Positions 28,766 to 38,973 are shown, counted from the stretch's first letter. The stretch is 64,000 nucleotides of DNA from Polyangiaceae bacterium (GCA_965222375.1 CBDCTZ010000016.1:1888001-1952000), one strand, 5' to 3'. A program made the numbers and translations. Notes: generated by a model not told the origin, from the letters alone.

Positions 28766-30457
28766 ATGACACTCCGCATCGCGCCCGCGTCCGGGCCCCG
28801 GCCGCGTCCGTGGCTTCGGATCCCCCTGGTGGGCATCGCCGCGCTGGCCGCTGCTTGCGCTGGAACCATCGTCGAGCCGGACGAGAATGGCATCGGGCCT
28901 GGAAGTAGCGGCAAAGAGCCAGGCGGCGGTAGTGGCATGAGCGCGCAGGCGCTGTGCGTGGATAGCTCCAAGGTTGATGTGGGGCGCGCGCCGCTGCGTC
29001 GGCTGACTCGCCTCGAGTACGACAACATCATTCGCGATCTGCTGGGCGACACCTCTGGCGCGGGCCAAGCGTTTTCGCCGGACGAGGCCGTGGCGGGTTT
29101 TGACGCGAACGCTGTTGCTGCGGTGTCTCAATTGCAGACCGAAGACTACTTGGCGGCGGCAGAGACTCTCGCTGCGAAGGCCGTCAACGACAACCTGAGC
29201 AAGCTGACCAATTGCGACATCAAGGACGCTGCCTGCGGCACGTCCTTCATCGAGAGCTTTGGTCGCCGGGCGTTCCGGCGCCCCCTCGACCAAGACGAGA
29301 AAGACACCTACGGCCAGCTCTACACGTCGGCCAAGAGTCAGTGGGGAGCGACCAAGGCGGTGGAACTCGTAGTCCAAGCCTTCCTGGCGTCGCCGTCGTT
29401 CCTGTACTTGGTCGAAGAGACGGAAGCGCCGGCTCCGGGCGAGAAAGTCGCTCGGGTGACCCCCTTCACGGTGGCGTCACGTATCTCCTTCTTCCTGTGG
29501 GCCTCGGGACCCGACGACACGCTGCTCGACGCCGCGGAAGCCGGCAAGCTCGACCGTGTCGAGGACATCAAAGCCCAGGCGCGCCGCATGCTGGATGACC
29601 CCCGCGCCGCGGAAACCGTGGCATCTTTTCACGAGCAGTGGCTCGGGGTGGCGCACCTGGATGAAGCGTCCAAGGACACTTCGATCTTTCCGGAATGGAA
29701 CGACAAGCTCAAGGCCAGCATGCGCGAGGAAACGCGACGCTTCGTCGAGAGCGTGGTGCTCTCCGGGGACGGCAAGCTGGATACGCTGCTGACCTCCAAC
29801 GAGAGCTACATCGATGGCCCCCTGGCGAAGGTGTATGGCGTGCAGGCTCCCGCGAACGCCTTCGACAAGGTGACCTTCGACGCGAGCGAGCGCTCTGGCG
29901 TGCTGACCCACGCCAGCCTGATGGCGGCACACTCGGGCGCTAGCGAAACTAGCTGGGTGCATCGCGGCAAGATGATTCGGGAGCAGTTCTTGTGCGATCC
30001 GGTGACGCCGCCGCCAGCGAACGTGGAATCCAATACGATTCAGGATCCGGGTCGCCTAACGGATCCCTCTTGCTCTGGTTGCCACAAGAAGATGGATCCC
30101 ATTGGGATTGGTTTTGACGCCTACAGTCCTATCGGCGCGCTTCGCTTCACGGACGAAAGCGGCAAGTCCGTGTCGGAGCTGGGCGAGATCTTCGAAACCG
30201 AGGCGGAGGTGGACGTGGTTGGCACCTTCGAAGGTCCGGTCGAACTGGCGCAGAAGCTCGCTTCGAGTGAGGCCGTCGGCAAATGCGTGGCGGTGCAGTG
30301 GTTCCGCTACGCCAATCGACGTCTGGAAACCGCCGCCGATGCATGCAGCGTGGCCAAAGTGCAAGACGACTTCACGGCCTCTGGCGGTGACATCCGCGAG
30401 CTCTTGGTCTCCATCACCGCAACGGACGCGTTCCGTTACCGCGCGATCACCGAGTAA
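28766..30457 (+). CDS. DUF1592/DUF1588-type (PSD/PSCyt) lipoprotein with one CxxCH
   Basis: LRRLTRLEYDN, RRAFRRP, SPSFLY, ASRISFFLW.S.PD, VHRG, CSGCH..MDPIG. Confidence 0.88.
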   Translation: MTLRIAPASGPRPRPWLRIPLVGIAALAAACAGTIVEPDENGIGPGSSGKEPGGGSGMSAQALCVDSSKVDVGRAPLRRLTRLEYDNIIRDLLGDTSGAGQAFSPDEAVAGFDANAVAAVSQLQTEDYLAAAETLAAKAVNDNLSKLTNCDIKDAACGTSFIESFGRRAFRRPLDQDEKDTYGQLYTSAKSQWGATKAVELVVQAFLASPSFLYLVEETEAPAPGEKVARVTPFTVASRISFFLWASGPDDTLLDAAEAGKLDRVEDIKAQARRMLDDPRAAETVASFHEQWLGVAHLDEASKDTSIFPEWNDKLKASMREETRRFVESVVLSGDGKLDTLLTSNESYIDGPLAKVYGVQAPANAFDKVTFDASERSGVLTHASLMAAHSGASETSWVHRGKMIREQFLCDPVTPPPANVESNTIQDPGRLTDPSCSGCHKKMDPIGIGFDAYSPIGALRFTDESGKSVSELGEIFETEAEVDVVGTFEGPVELAQKLASSEAVGKCVAVQWFRYANRRLETAADACSVAKVQDDFTASGGDIRELLVSITATDAFRYRAITE

Positions 30458-30465
30458 GGAAGAAG

Positions 30466-31791
30466 ATGACCCAGTTTTCCCGCCGTCGTTTGCTGCAAGG
30501 CCTTGGAGCCGGAGCCGCGCTCTCACTGCCCTTCCTGCGCTCTACACCCAGCATGGCTGCTGGCACGACGCCGCCGAAGCGCTTCGCCGTGTTCTTCAGT
30601 GCCAACGAGCCCATCAACAAGACCTTTTGGGACCCCGGTGTCAGCAGCGGCGCCGCTCTGCCGAGCAAGCTGCCCGACATGATGTCGCCCCTCGAGCCCT
30701 ACCTCTCGAAGATCAACATCATCGGGGATCTCAAACTCAAGACCCGCGACGTCGACCCACACAAAGGTGGCCATACGGGCATCGGGCACACTCTGACCGG
30801 ACGCATCAACTCGCCGTTTCCGAACGCCAGCTCCGAAGGTCAGTACTGGGCTGGCGGCATATCCCTCGATCAGTACTTGGCTCAGAAGATGGGCGTGGAA
30901 GCCCTCACCCTCGGCGCCATGCCCGGTGGCGGATCAAGCGGCGCATCGCGGATCAGCTCCCTGGGCAAAGATCAGCCTGTGCATCCCATCGACGACCCCA
31001 AGAAAGCTTTCGACAAGCTTTTCGCCAACTTCAACCTGAGTGAGGCCGAAGCGACCAAGCTGCTGGCTCAGAAGAAGAGCGTACTGGACGTCGTGGCAAA
31101 GGACATCGCGCGTCTGAAGACACGCCTGCCCAGCTCGGACCGAGAGAAGATCGACATTCACCTCGGGCACATTCAGGCCATCGAGACCAAGCTCGGCGAG
31201 GTGAGCCAGGTCACCTGCTCGCCCCAGAACCCGAACTACCCCGGAGGCTACGAATTCAAGAAGAACGAATGGTTGCCGACGACGGCGCGGCTGCAGATGG
31301 ACATCTTGGCCCAAGCCCTGGCCTGCGGCTTGACCAATGTGGCCACCTTCCAGCTCGGCAACAGCGGTTCGAGTCAAATCACGCCGATGTGGCCTGACGA
31401 GAACATGAGCGTGAACAACAGCTATCACAACGTTGCTCACGACTGGAACAAGAAGACCTCGGGCAAGGCCGACCGCACCGCCATCGAGAAATGGAACTTC
31501 AAGATGTTCGCCTACATGCTGGAGAAGCTCGACGCGATCCCCGAGGGCAACGGCACCGTGCTGGACAACACCGTCGTGCTCTATGCGAAACCGATCGGGA
31601 CGAAGCACAGCCCTTACCCCATGCTTTACATCTTGGCTGGGAAGGCCGGTGGTGCGCTTCAGACAGGTCGCTACCTGTCCTTCGATCAAACCCCGCACAA
31701 CAACCTGCTCACCAGCATTTGCAACTTGATGGGCTACGACGACAAGAAGTTCGGCGACCCGAACATCTGCACTGGCGCGCTTGCGCTGTGA
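30466..31791 (+). CDS. DUF1552 domain protein with Tat signal
   Basis: FSRRRLL..LPFL, ISLDQ, SVLD, LACGLT.VAT, YHNVAH, GTVLDNT; canonical position after DUF1592. Confidence 0.88.
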   Translation: MTQFSRRRLLQGLGAGAALSLPFLRSTPSMAAGTTPPKRFAVFFSANEPINKTFWDPGVSSGAALPSKLPDMMSPLEPYLSKINIIGDLKLKTRDVDPHKGGHTGIGHTLTGRINSPFPNASSEGQYWAGGISLDQYLAQKMGVEALTLGAMPGGGSSGASRISSLGKDQPVHPIDDPKKAFDKLFANFNLSEAEATKLLAQKKSVLDVVAKDIARLKTRLPSSDREKIDIHLGHIQAIETKLGEVSQVTCSPQNPNYPGGYEFKKNEWLPTTARLQMDILAQALACGLTNVATFQLGNSGSSQITPMWPDENMSVNNSYHNVAHDWNKKTSGKADRTAIEKWNFKMFAYMLEKLDAIPEGNGTVLDNTVVLYAKPIGTKHSPYPMLYILAGKAGGALQTGRYLSFDQTPHNNLLTSICNLMGYDDKKFGDPNICTGALAL

Positions 31792-31896
31792 TTCCTGAGG
31801 TACGCAGGAGGGCGCCAACGCCGACTGGCCATGCGGTGCGCGCGGTTGGCGCAAGATGTCTGTGCGTACGTGTGGCGCAGTGCCCACCTAATTGCG

Positions 31897-31931
31897 GTCT
31901 GTAGACTACAATCTGGTGTCGTCTCTAGACT
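31897..31931. promoter_or_regulatory. tandem palindromic boxes GTCT-NN-AGAC(T), candidate operator
   Basis: GTCTGTAGACT at 31897 and GTCTCTAGACT at 31921, 24-bp period, about 75 nt upstream of the large surface-protein gene. Confidence 0.35.
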
Positions 31932-32006
31932 GCGTTCGAGTCGCAACGGCCTGCCGGAACAGCCCCCTTGAAATTGGCTTAGAGTTTGCGTAGGTTCCCG
32001 CCCACT

Positions 32007-35000
32007 ATGAGGGACCCCCTTGTCTTGAAGCGCACTTTTGGTTGTTCCTGGGTTCTTGCCTGCCTCCTCGTCGCGCAGGTGACCCCCGCTGCTCCGAGCC
32101 TGCGTCAGCAGATTGATGTGAGGGGGGATTTCGCCCTCATTGGCAACACCCTGGCTCAGGACTGCGTCAGCGGGACCCCCGCACCGGTCGTAGGTACCGT
32201 GGGCGCCTGCGGCACCAATACCGCGGATTCGGCTCCGGACGTCTTCTGGCGCTCTCAGGCGCCAGGTGCAGGGCAGGCGCAAGCCAACACTGCGATCGGC
32301 GTCACCGAGGCTCGTAGTACGTCGGTGCTGAGCTTGCCTGTGGGCGCGACCGTGAAGTACGCGCGCCTATACTGGGCAGCCGAAAATTCGTCGGCCACGG
32401 CGGATACCACGGTTACCCTGGATCGCCCAGGTGGATTCAGCCAGACCATCACCGCGGACCAGTCGTTTACGGCCGCGGGCAACGCCTACCAGTCCACGGC
32501 GGACGTGACGGCGCTGGTTGCTGCCCAAGGCAATGGCGCGTATCGCATTAGCGGCGTGGCCTCGAAAGGCTTCGTCAACGTCAATGACAACGTGAATTTC
32601 GCGGGATGGTCCCTCGTCGTTTTCTACGAGGATTTCACCCAGCCATCGCGCAACGTGGCTCTTTTCGACGGCCTCGACCTCGTCAATGGGACCAACAGTC
32701 AGAGCGCGACGCTATCGGGGTTCTTGGTGCCCAACGCTGGCTTCGATGCGAAGCTCGGAGTCATCACTTACGAGGGGGACGGCCAGGGCACGGGCGACTC
32801 GCTGCGCTTCGGAACCGCACCCCTGACCAACGCCGACCGGTTGAGCGACGCGCTGAATCCCGTGACCAACTTCTTCAACAGTACGCGGTCGAATCTCGGT
32901 GTTGCGGTGACCGTACCCGGGGACCTGCCTCAGCTCAGCGGCGCCGCGCGCAGCATGAGCAGCTACGACATGGACATCGTGGACATCACGAGTCGTGTAG
33001 CAGCCGGTCAAACCTCTGCCGACATCGAGGCCACGAGCTCCGGTGACGTTTACTACCTGGGGGCTTTCATCACGTCGATCTCGACGTTCAAGCCTGACTT
33101 CACCGGCACAGAGAAACTAGTTGCGGATCTCAATGGTGGTGCAGTGCTTCCAGGCGACGTGCTGGAGTACACTATCAACGTCGTCAATGGCGGTAACGAT
33201 ACGGCGGTCAATACGATGCTGGCCGATGTGGTGCCGGCAGGTGTGACCTATCAGCCCAATTCCATTTCGATCACCTCTGGCCCCAACGCGGGCGCGAAGA
33301 CGGACGCCAGTGGTGACGATCAAGCGGAATACAGCGTGGGCACCTCCACAGTCACTGTACGCCTCGGCACGGGCGCGAATGCGACACAGGGAGGCACATT
33401 GGCGCCGGGAGCCACGACCGTCGTCAAGTTCCGCGTGACCGTGGATGCTTCGGCCAGCGGTACCATCAACAACCAAGCAAACGTGACGGCATCCGGACAA
33501 CTGGGCGCGCCCCCGGATAATTGGCCGAGCGATGGCAACGGCTCGGGCAGCGGCTCTCCGCCCACCCCAGTCATCATTGATGAATGCGGCACGAATGCGG
33601 ACTGCGCGGCGCCAACGCCGCTCTGCAAGACCGCCGCAAACCCCAATGTGTGCGTGCAGTGTCTCAGCTTCGCAAACTGTGGCGGCAACACGCCGCTTTG
33701 CAATGCCAATACGAACAAGTGCCAAGGCTGCGTGGCGGATTTCCAGTGCCCAGCCGCCACACCCGCGTGCCAGCCCAGCGGCGCATGTGGGCAGTGCTCG
33801 GCGACCAACACCACGCAGTGCACCGGTGCGAACCCCCTATGCGACGTCACCACGGGCACCTGCACGGGCTGCACCACCGACGCCCAGTGCTCTGGCACGA
33901 CCCCGGCTTGTCAGCCTTCGGGCGTTTGCGGGGAGTGCTCGGCGACGAATACCAGCCAATGCACCGGGGCCACGCCGAACTGTGACACCACGACGGGCAC
34001 TTGCGTGGCCTGCATCAATGACACTCAGTGCTCGGGTGCTACCCCCAAGTGCAACGCCTCCAATAACACCTGCGTGGAGTGCCTCACGAACACCGATTGC
34101 CCAGGGTTGACTCCAACCTGCAGCGCCAGCAACACCTGCGTGTGCGTCCCGACCGGGGCCGAGGTCTGCGGCAATGGTCTCGACGACGACTGTAATGGCA
34201 CTGTCGACGATGGCTGCACCGACACGGACGGTGACGGGCTCTCGGACGACCAAGAGAAACTCATTGGTACCGATCCCAACGACGCGGACAGCGACGACGA
34301 CGGCGTGATTGACGGCGACGAGCCCAAGCCCGACGAGGACACCGACGGTGATGGTCTGATCAACGCCCTTGATCCGGACAGCGATAACGACGGCCTCTTC
34401 GACGGCACGGAGCTCGGCAAGGACTGCTCCAACTCGGCAACAGACGCTGCCGCTGGCGCATGCCGTGCGGATGCGGATGCCACCACGACGACGGATCCCC
34501 TCAACGCCGACACCGATGGCGGTGGGGTGAACGATGGCGCCGAAGACGCGAACCTCGATGGCAAGGTGGACTCCGGGGAACAAGATCCGACCACCGGTAA
34601 CGACGCCGACGACGCCAACGTCACTGACACAGATGGTGACGGACTATCCGACGCCATGGAGACCTTCCTGGGCTCGGATCCCAACGATGCAGACACTGAT
34701 GATGACGGCCTGCTCGATGGCGACGAGCCCAATCCAAGCCACGACACGGATGGCGACGGCCTGATCAACCTGCTGGACGTGGACAGCGACAACGACGCGC
34801 TCTTCGACGGTACGGAGCTGGGCAAGAACTGCGACGACCCCGCCACGAACACGGCCCTCGGTCACTGTCGCGCCGATGCCGACGCCGGGACCACCACGAC
34901 GAGCGCGCTGCTCCGGGATACGGACGGGGGCGGTGTGATGGATGGCTCCGAAGACGCCAATCTCAACGGCGTCGTCGATACGGGAGAGACGGATCCAGTT

Positions 35001-35828
35001 GTCGGCCAAGGCGCGGATGACGGCAATGTCGTCGACACGGACGGCGATGGCCTGTCGGACGAGCTCGAGGCGACTCTCAAGACGGATCCCAACGATGCTG
35101 ATAGCGATGACGACGGCCTCGTGGATGGCGACGAGCCCAATCTCAGCGACGACCATGACGGAGACGGCACCATCAACGCCCTCGACGAGGATAGCGATGG
35201 CGACGGGCTCTTCGATGGAACCGAGGCGGGGCGGGACTGCTCTAACAGCGCTACGGACGCGAGCAAGAACAAGTGCCGCGCGGATGCCGACCCCACAACT
35301 ACGACCGGCGTGCTCCAGAAGGACACGGACGGCGGCAGTGTGGAAGATGGCGAAGAGGACGCCAACAAGGACGGCAAGGTCGATCAAGGCGAGACGGACC
35401 CCAACGATCCTGCTGACGACACTTGTCAGTCAGACGCAGACTGTGGCACTGCCAACGATGGTCTGGTGTGCGATGACTCCACGAACCGCTGCGTGTCTGG
35501 TTGTCGCGGTGTCGGCGTTGGCGCCGGTTGCCCCAGTGGTCAAGTCTGCAGCAGCACCGACGCCAGCATTGGCCAATGCAATCCCACGGGTAGTGGTGGC
35601 GCCGCCGGCGCGGCTGGTGCGGCTGGCACCGGCGCTGCTGCTGGCGCTGGTGGCAGCGGGCTCACGGGCAGTGGCGGCAGTTCCGCCTTCCTCGAGGGGT
35701 TCACCCTGGAAGGTGGTGGTTGCGGCTGCAGCACGCCGCGAAGCACGAATACGCCAATTGCTTGGGCCCTGGCCGCCTTGGCCGCGGGAGGAATCGCATT
35801 CTCCCGCCGCCGACGGCGTCATGGCTAG
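32007..35828 (+). CDS. large surface protein: N-terminal beta domain, DUF11-like domain, Cys-rich repeats, three Asp-rich Ca-binding-type repeats, MYXO-CTERM
   Basis: PGDVLEYTINVVN (DUF11-like); C..D..C.G.TP.C repeats; DTDGDGLSD/DSDDDG motifs; C-terminus GGGCGCS..hydrophobic..RRRRR. Confidence 0.85.
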   Translation: MRDPLVLKRTFGCSWVLACLLVAQVTPAAPSLRQQIDVRGDFALIGNTLAQDCVSGTPAPVVGTVGACGTNTADSAPDVFWRSQAPGAGQAQANTAIGVTEARSTSVLSLPVGATVKYARLYWAAENSSATADTTVTLDRPGGFSQTITADQSFTAAGNAYQSTADVTALVAAQGNGAYRISGVASKGFVNVNDNVNFAGWSLVVFYEDFTQPSRNVALFDGLDLVNGTNSQSATLSGFLVPNAGFDAKLGVITYEGDGQGTGDSLRFGTAPLTNADRLSDALNPVTNFFNSTRSNLGVAVTVPGDLPQLSGAARSMSSYDMDIVDITSRVAAGQTSADIEATSSGDVYYLGAFITSISTFKPDFTGTEKLVADLNGGAVLPGDVLEYTINVVNGGNDTAVNTMLADVVPAGVTYQPNSISITSGPNAGAKTDASGDDQAEYSVGTSTVTVRLGTGANATQGGTLAPGATTVVKFRVTVDASASGTINNQANVTASGQLGAPPDNWPSDGNGSGSGSPPTPVIIDECGTNADCAAPTPLCKTAANPNVCVQCLSFANCGGNTPLCNANTNKCQGCVADFQCPAATPACQPSGACGQCSATNTTQCTGANPLCDVTTGTCTGCTTDAQCSGTTPACQPSGVCGECSATNTSQCTGATPNCDTTTGTCVACINDTQCSGATPKCNASNNTCVECLTNTDCPGLTPTCSASNTCVCVPTGAEVCGNGLDDDCNGTVDDGCTDTDGDGLSDDQEKLIGTDPNDADSDDDGVIDGDEPKPDEDTDGDGLINALDPDSDNDGLFDGTELGKDCSNSATDAAAGACRADADATTTTDPLNADTDGGGVNDGAEDANLDGKVDSGEQDPTTGNDADDANVTDTDGDGLSDAMETFLGSDPNDADTDDDGLLDGDEPNPSHDTDGDGLINLLDVDSDNDALFDGTELGKNCDDPATNTALGHCRADADAGTTTTSALLRDTDGGGVMDGSEDANLNGVVDTGETDPVVGQGADDGNVVDTDGDGLSDELEATLKTDPNDADSDDDGLVDGDEPNLSDDHDGDGTINALDEDSDGDGLFDGTEAGRDCSNSATDASKNKCRADADPTTTTGVLQKDTDGGSVEDGEEDANKDGKVDQGETDPNDPADDTCQSDADCGTANDGLVCDDSTNRCVSGCRGVGVGAGCPSGQVCSSTDASIGQCNPTGSGGAAGAAGAAGTGAAAGAGGSGLTGSGGSSAFLEGFTLEGGGCGCSTPRSTNTPIAWALAALAAGGIAFSRRRRRHG

Positions 35829-35912
35829 GATCCGAGTGCCGGGCACCCTAGCGTTCCGCAACCCCGAGAGATAACGACCGACCCACACGTTCCCGTTGAT
35901 TTAGGTGCACTC

Positions 35913-37655
35913 ATGAAACGCGTACTCACTTCCCTTCTGGCACTCTCTGCAACCCTCGCGGCTCCCGCCGCCATGGCTCAGTCCGAGGGCTTCTCTCTCA
36001 ACCGCTTCGACCCTTCGGAGCGGGGCAGCGATTGGTTTTCTGCGGAGTCCCTCGATCTGCGCGGCCACATGCGGCCGGCGATCGGTGCGGTGTTCGACTA
36101 TGGCTACAAACCCCTCGTGTTCTACGATCAAGCCACCGACGACGAAGTGGCTGCCATCGTCGAGCACCAGCTCTACGCACACCTCGGTGGCTCGCTGATC
36201 CTGTGGGAGCGCCTGCGTCTTGGGCTCAATGTGCCGGTTGCAATCGTCAACGAAGGCGAAGACCTCGATCTTGGTGGTGGCAACGTCGTGACCGCTGAGC
36301 GCGGTGGCGGTATTGGCGACGTGCGGCTCGGAGCAGACGTTCGCCTGCTCGGGAGCTATCGGAAGCCGTTTTCTCTCGCGGCCGGCTTGCAGCTGCACCT
36401 GCCGACTGGCAAGCAAGAGGCGTTCACGGGCGACGGCAAGGTGCGCGTGGTGCCGCGCTTGTTGGCCGCAGGCGACATCGGGCCGCTAGCCTACGCGGCG
36501 CGGGTGTCCTTCAACTACCGTGCACAGCAAGATGATTTCGACGGTGAAGCCTTCGGCAGTGAGTTCGGCTTTGGCGCGGCCATCGGCGTACGGGTTCTCG
36601 AAGACAAGCTGCTGCTCGGACCGGAGCTCTACGGCTCCACGGTGGTGAGCGACGGCGGGGACGGTGCTTTCGACCGGAAGACCACGCCCGTGGAACTCGT
36701 ACTCGGCGGTCACTACAACGTCAGCGACGACTGGCGCATCGGCCTCGGGGCCGGGCCTGGTTTGAGCCGCGGCTACGGCTCGCCCCAGGTGCGGGTATTG
36801 GCCAGCATCGAGTGGTTCCCGAAGTTCGAGGAAGAAAAGGCCCCGGAAGGGCCGAAGGACACGGACGGGGACGGCATTTTCGACAAGGATGACGCCTGCG
36901 TCGACGTACCTGGTGTGGCGACGGATGATCCCAAGACTCACGGTTGCCCGCCTCCGAGCGATCGCGACGGCGACGGGATCTTGGACGAGTTGGATGCCTG
37001 CCCCGACGAGAAGGGCGTTGAAAGCGAGGATCCGGAGAAGCACGGCTGTCCGCTGCCTGGTGATCGCGATGGTGACGGCATCATCGACGGAGAGGACGCT
37101 TGCCCGGACGAGAAGGGCGTTGCGACCGATGATCCGAAGACCAACGGCTGTCCGCCGCCAAAGGATACGGATGGCGATGGCATCATCGATCCCGAAGATG
37201 CGTGTCCCAAGCAGGCGGGGCCGCGCAGCGAAGATCCGAAGAAGCATGGCTGCCCGAAGGCCAAGATCGTGGGCACCAAGATCGAGATCCTGGAGCGCGT
37301 CGAGTTCGACACGAACAAGGCGACGATTCGCAAGGAGAGCGATCCGGTGCTCAATGCGGTGCTAGACATCTTGAAAAAGTATCCGGGCATCAAGAAGGTG
37401 AGCGTCGAGGGTCATACGGACAGTCGCGGTGGCGTCGGCTACAATATCGCTCTGTCCAGGCGGCGTGCGGCCTCGGTGGTCAAGTGGCTGACCTCCCGCG
37501 GTATCGACAAGGGTCGGCTGACTTCCAAGGGCTTTGGTCCCAAGAAGCCCATTGATACCAATGACACCGCCGAAGGCCGCCAAAACAACCGGCGCGTGGA
37601 GTTCCACATCACCGAGGGCGAAGCCCGCAAGGACGTCAAGGTCGAGACCAAATAG
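35913..37655 (+). CDS. OmpA family protein: N-terminal beta-barrel, TSP3-like repeats, OmpA C-terminal domain
   Basis: Signal peptide; alternating beta strands; four D.DGDGI.D..DACP..GCP repeats; VEGHTD..LSRRRA..NRRVEF. Confidence 0.92.
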   Translation: MKRVLTSLLALSATLAAPAAMAQSEGFSLNRFDPSERGSDWFSAESLDLRGHMRPAIGAVFDYGYKPLVFYDQATDDEVAAIVEHQLYAHLGGSLILWERLRLGLNVPVAIVNEGEDLDLGGGNVVTAERGGGIGDVRLGADVRLLGSYRKPFSLAAGLQLHLPTGKQEAFTGDGKVRVVPRLLAAGDIGPLAYAARVSFNYRAQQDDFDGEAFGSEFGFGAAIGVRVLEDKLLLGPELYGSTVVSDGGDGAFDRKTTPVELVLGGHYNVSDDWRIGLGAGPGLSRGYGSPQVRVLASIEWFPKFEEEKAPEGPKDTDGDGIFDKDDACVDVPGVATDDPKTHGCPPPSDRDGDGILDELDACPDEKGVESEDPEKHGCPLPGDRDGDGIIDGEDACPDEKGVATDDPKTNGCPPPKDTDGDGIIDPEDACPKQAGPRSEDPKKHGCPKAKIVGTKIEILERVEFDTNKATIRKESDPVLNAVLDILKKYPGIKKVSVEGHTDSRGGVGYNIALSRRRAASVVKWLTSRGIDKGRLTSKGFGPKKPIDTNDTAEGRQNNRRVEFHITEGEARKDVKVETK

Positions 37656-37729
37656 GTCCTTCGGGCAAAGTGCGGACTGCCCCGGTTAGCGGGGCAGCGC
37701 CGCCTGCGTGATAGCGCTCCAGTTTTCGC

Positions 37730-38461
37730 TCAAGCGTACCGGCGTCGCCGGAGGAGCAGCATCGCGAGCAGTCCTGACACCAGGAGCACGGCCGTTGGCT
37801 GTCCCGTGGGGGAGCCAACGGCGCAGCGGCCGCAACCGCTTTTGCCCGGGGGTGACGAGGCGGATTCCGGTGCGGCAGGCGCGGCTGGCGACTTTGGAGT
37901 AGCGGGCTTGTCTGCTACGGGAGGTGCGGACTTCTTCACCGGAACGCCTTCGACGGGGTCAACTAGGACCTTCGAAATCGTGCACGCTCCGGCGGCGATC
38001 TTGGTGGCGGACAGTCTATCTACGATTTTCGAACGTCCGTTGTCCGAGGGCAGCGAAAAACGGGGTGCCGGTCCGCCGGTGCACTTCACGATGTCAGGTC
38101 GCTTGATCAGCGCATCAAGCGCCGGGTTTTCATGATCGGCCCTGGGCTCGTAGCTTTCCTTCCACCTATCGTAGGCTGCCCGTGGCATGGCGTAGAGCTT
38201 TGGGGTGGGACTGCGGCGGCCGACCCGCACGGGCTCGTCGTTCTCGATCACGGTGTGTTCTCGAGTCGGAGCGCCGTTCGAGAGGCTCCAAGGGTAGGCG
38301 AAGACCACGAAGTCTTTGAACCCGGCAAGGCCCTCCACCGTGAAGCTATAGCTGACGAACTTGGTACCATCGAGTGGCGGCAAGTCGGCTTTGCTCTCGC
38401 CGCCGAAACTGAGGCTTGTGGCAACGACGCCCAGGCAGACCAGCGCTTGTAGCTTTGTCAC
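37730..38461 (-). CDS. secreted protein with MYXO-CTERM-like tail
   Basis: Signal peptide (KA-DLPP), Pro/Ala linker, SGCGRCAVG..LLVSGLLAMLLLRRRR. Confidence 0.75.
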   Translation of the reverse strand: MTKLQALVCLGVVATSLSFGGESKADLPPLDGTKFVSYSFTVEGLAGFKDFVVFAYPWSLSNGAPTREHTVIENDEPVRVGRRSPTPKLYAMPRAAYDRWKESYEPRADHENPALDALIKRPDIVKCTGGPAPRFSLPSDNGRSKIVDRLSATKIAAGACTISKVLVDPVEGVPVKKSAPPVADKPATPKSPAAPAAPESASSPPGKSGCGRCAVGSPTGQPTAVLLVSGLLAMLLLRRRRYA

Positions 38462-38556
38462 GGCCGCAGTCTATCGCCGAGCTCGGCTCCAGGCGAGTTG
38501 GTGCAACAGATGCCAAGAATTGGGCTCGGGACGCGATCCGCACCTAGGCTGCCCGC

Positions 38557-38925
38557 ATGAGACCCGGACAACTCCGCCGCGTCGCCAGTTGGGCTGGAGC
38601 CTTCTGCTGCTCGAGCCTGGTGGTCGGCTGTATGGCCGTGTTTCCGGTTTCTGCTACTGGCAAGGGCTGCTCGGGAGAGGCCGCGGATTTCTACCCCGCC
38701 CGCGCCGTGGTGGAAAAGCGGGCCGCCCTCGAGCTTTCGTGTCCCGAGGGCCTGCAGGTACAGCCACGCTCGGATATCGAATTCACCGCAAGCGGCTGTG
38801 GCCAGAGCCAGCGTTATCTGTGTGAGGCAGACGCCGTCTCCGGCTGCAGTCTGGACGATGCCGCCGAGCGCGAGGGCTGCCAAGCCCTCGGTCGCGTGAT
38901 CCGTCCTCGTTCCGCAGCATTCTGA
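38557..38925 (+). CDS. hypothetical Cys-rich lipoprotein
   Basis: LVVGC; RAALELSCP..ASGCGQ..YLC pattern. Confidence 0.55.
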   Translation: MRPGQLRRVASWAGAFCCSSLVVGCMAVFPVSATGKGCSGEAADFYPARAVVEKRAALELSCPEGLQVQPRSDIEFTASGCGQSQRYLCEADAVSGCSLDDAAEREGCQALGRVIRPRSAAF

Positions 38926-38973
38926 AACACGAGCGGCGTACGAGAGGTACGCCGCCCGGCTGGCGAATCGCTA

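Noticed and set aside
33590..35420. Repeats as a CRISPR array or non-coding tandem repeat
   Set aside because: They are in-frame protein repeats with codon-level divergence; no identical repeat-spacer pattern was seen anywhere in the window.
32007..37655. Naming the pair traA/traB
   Set aside because: I could not recognise TraA's variable domain; only the overall architecture matches.
38502..38517. sigma54-like TTGGCATCTGTTGCA on the minus strand
   Set aside because: GG-to-GC spacing is 8, not the required 10.
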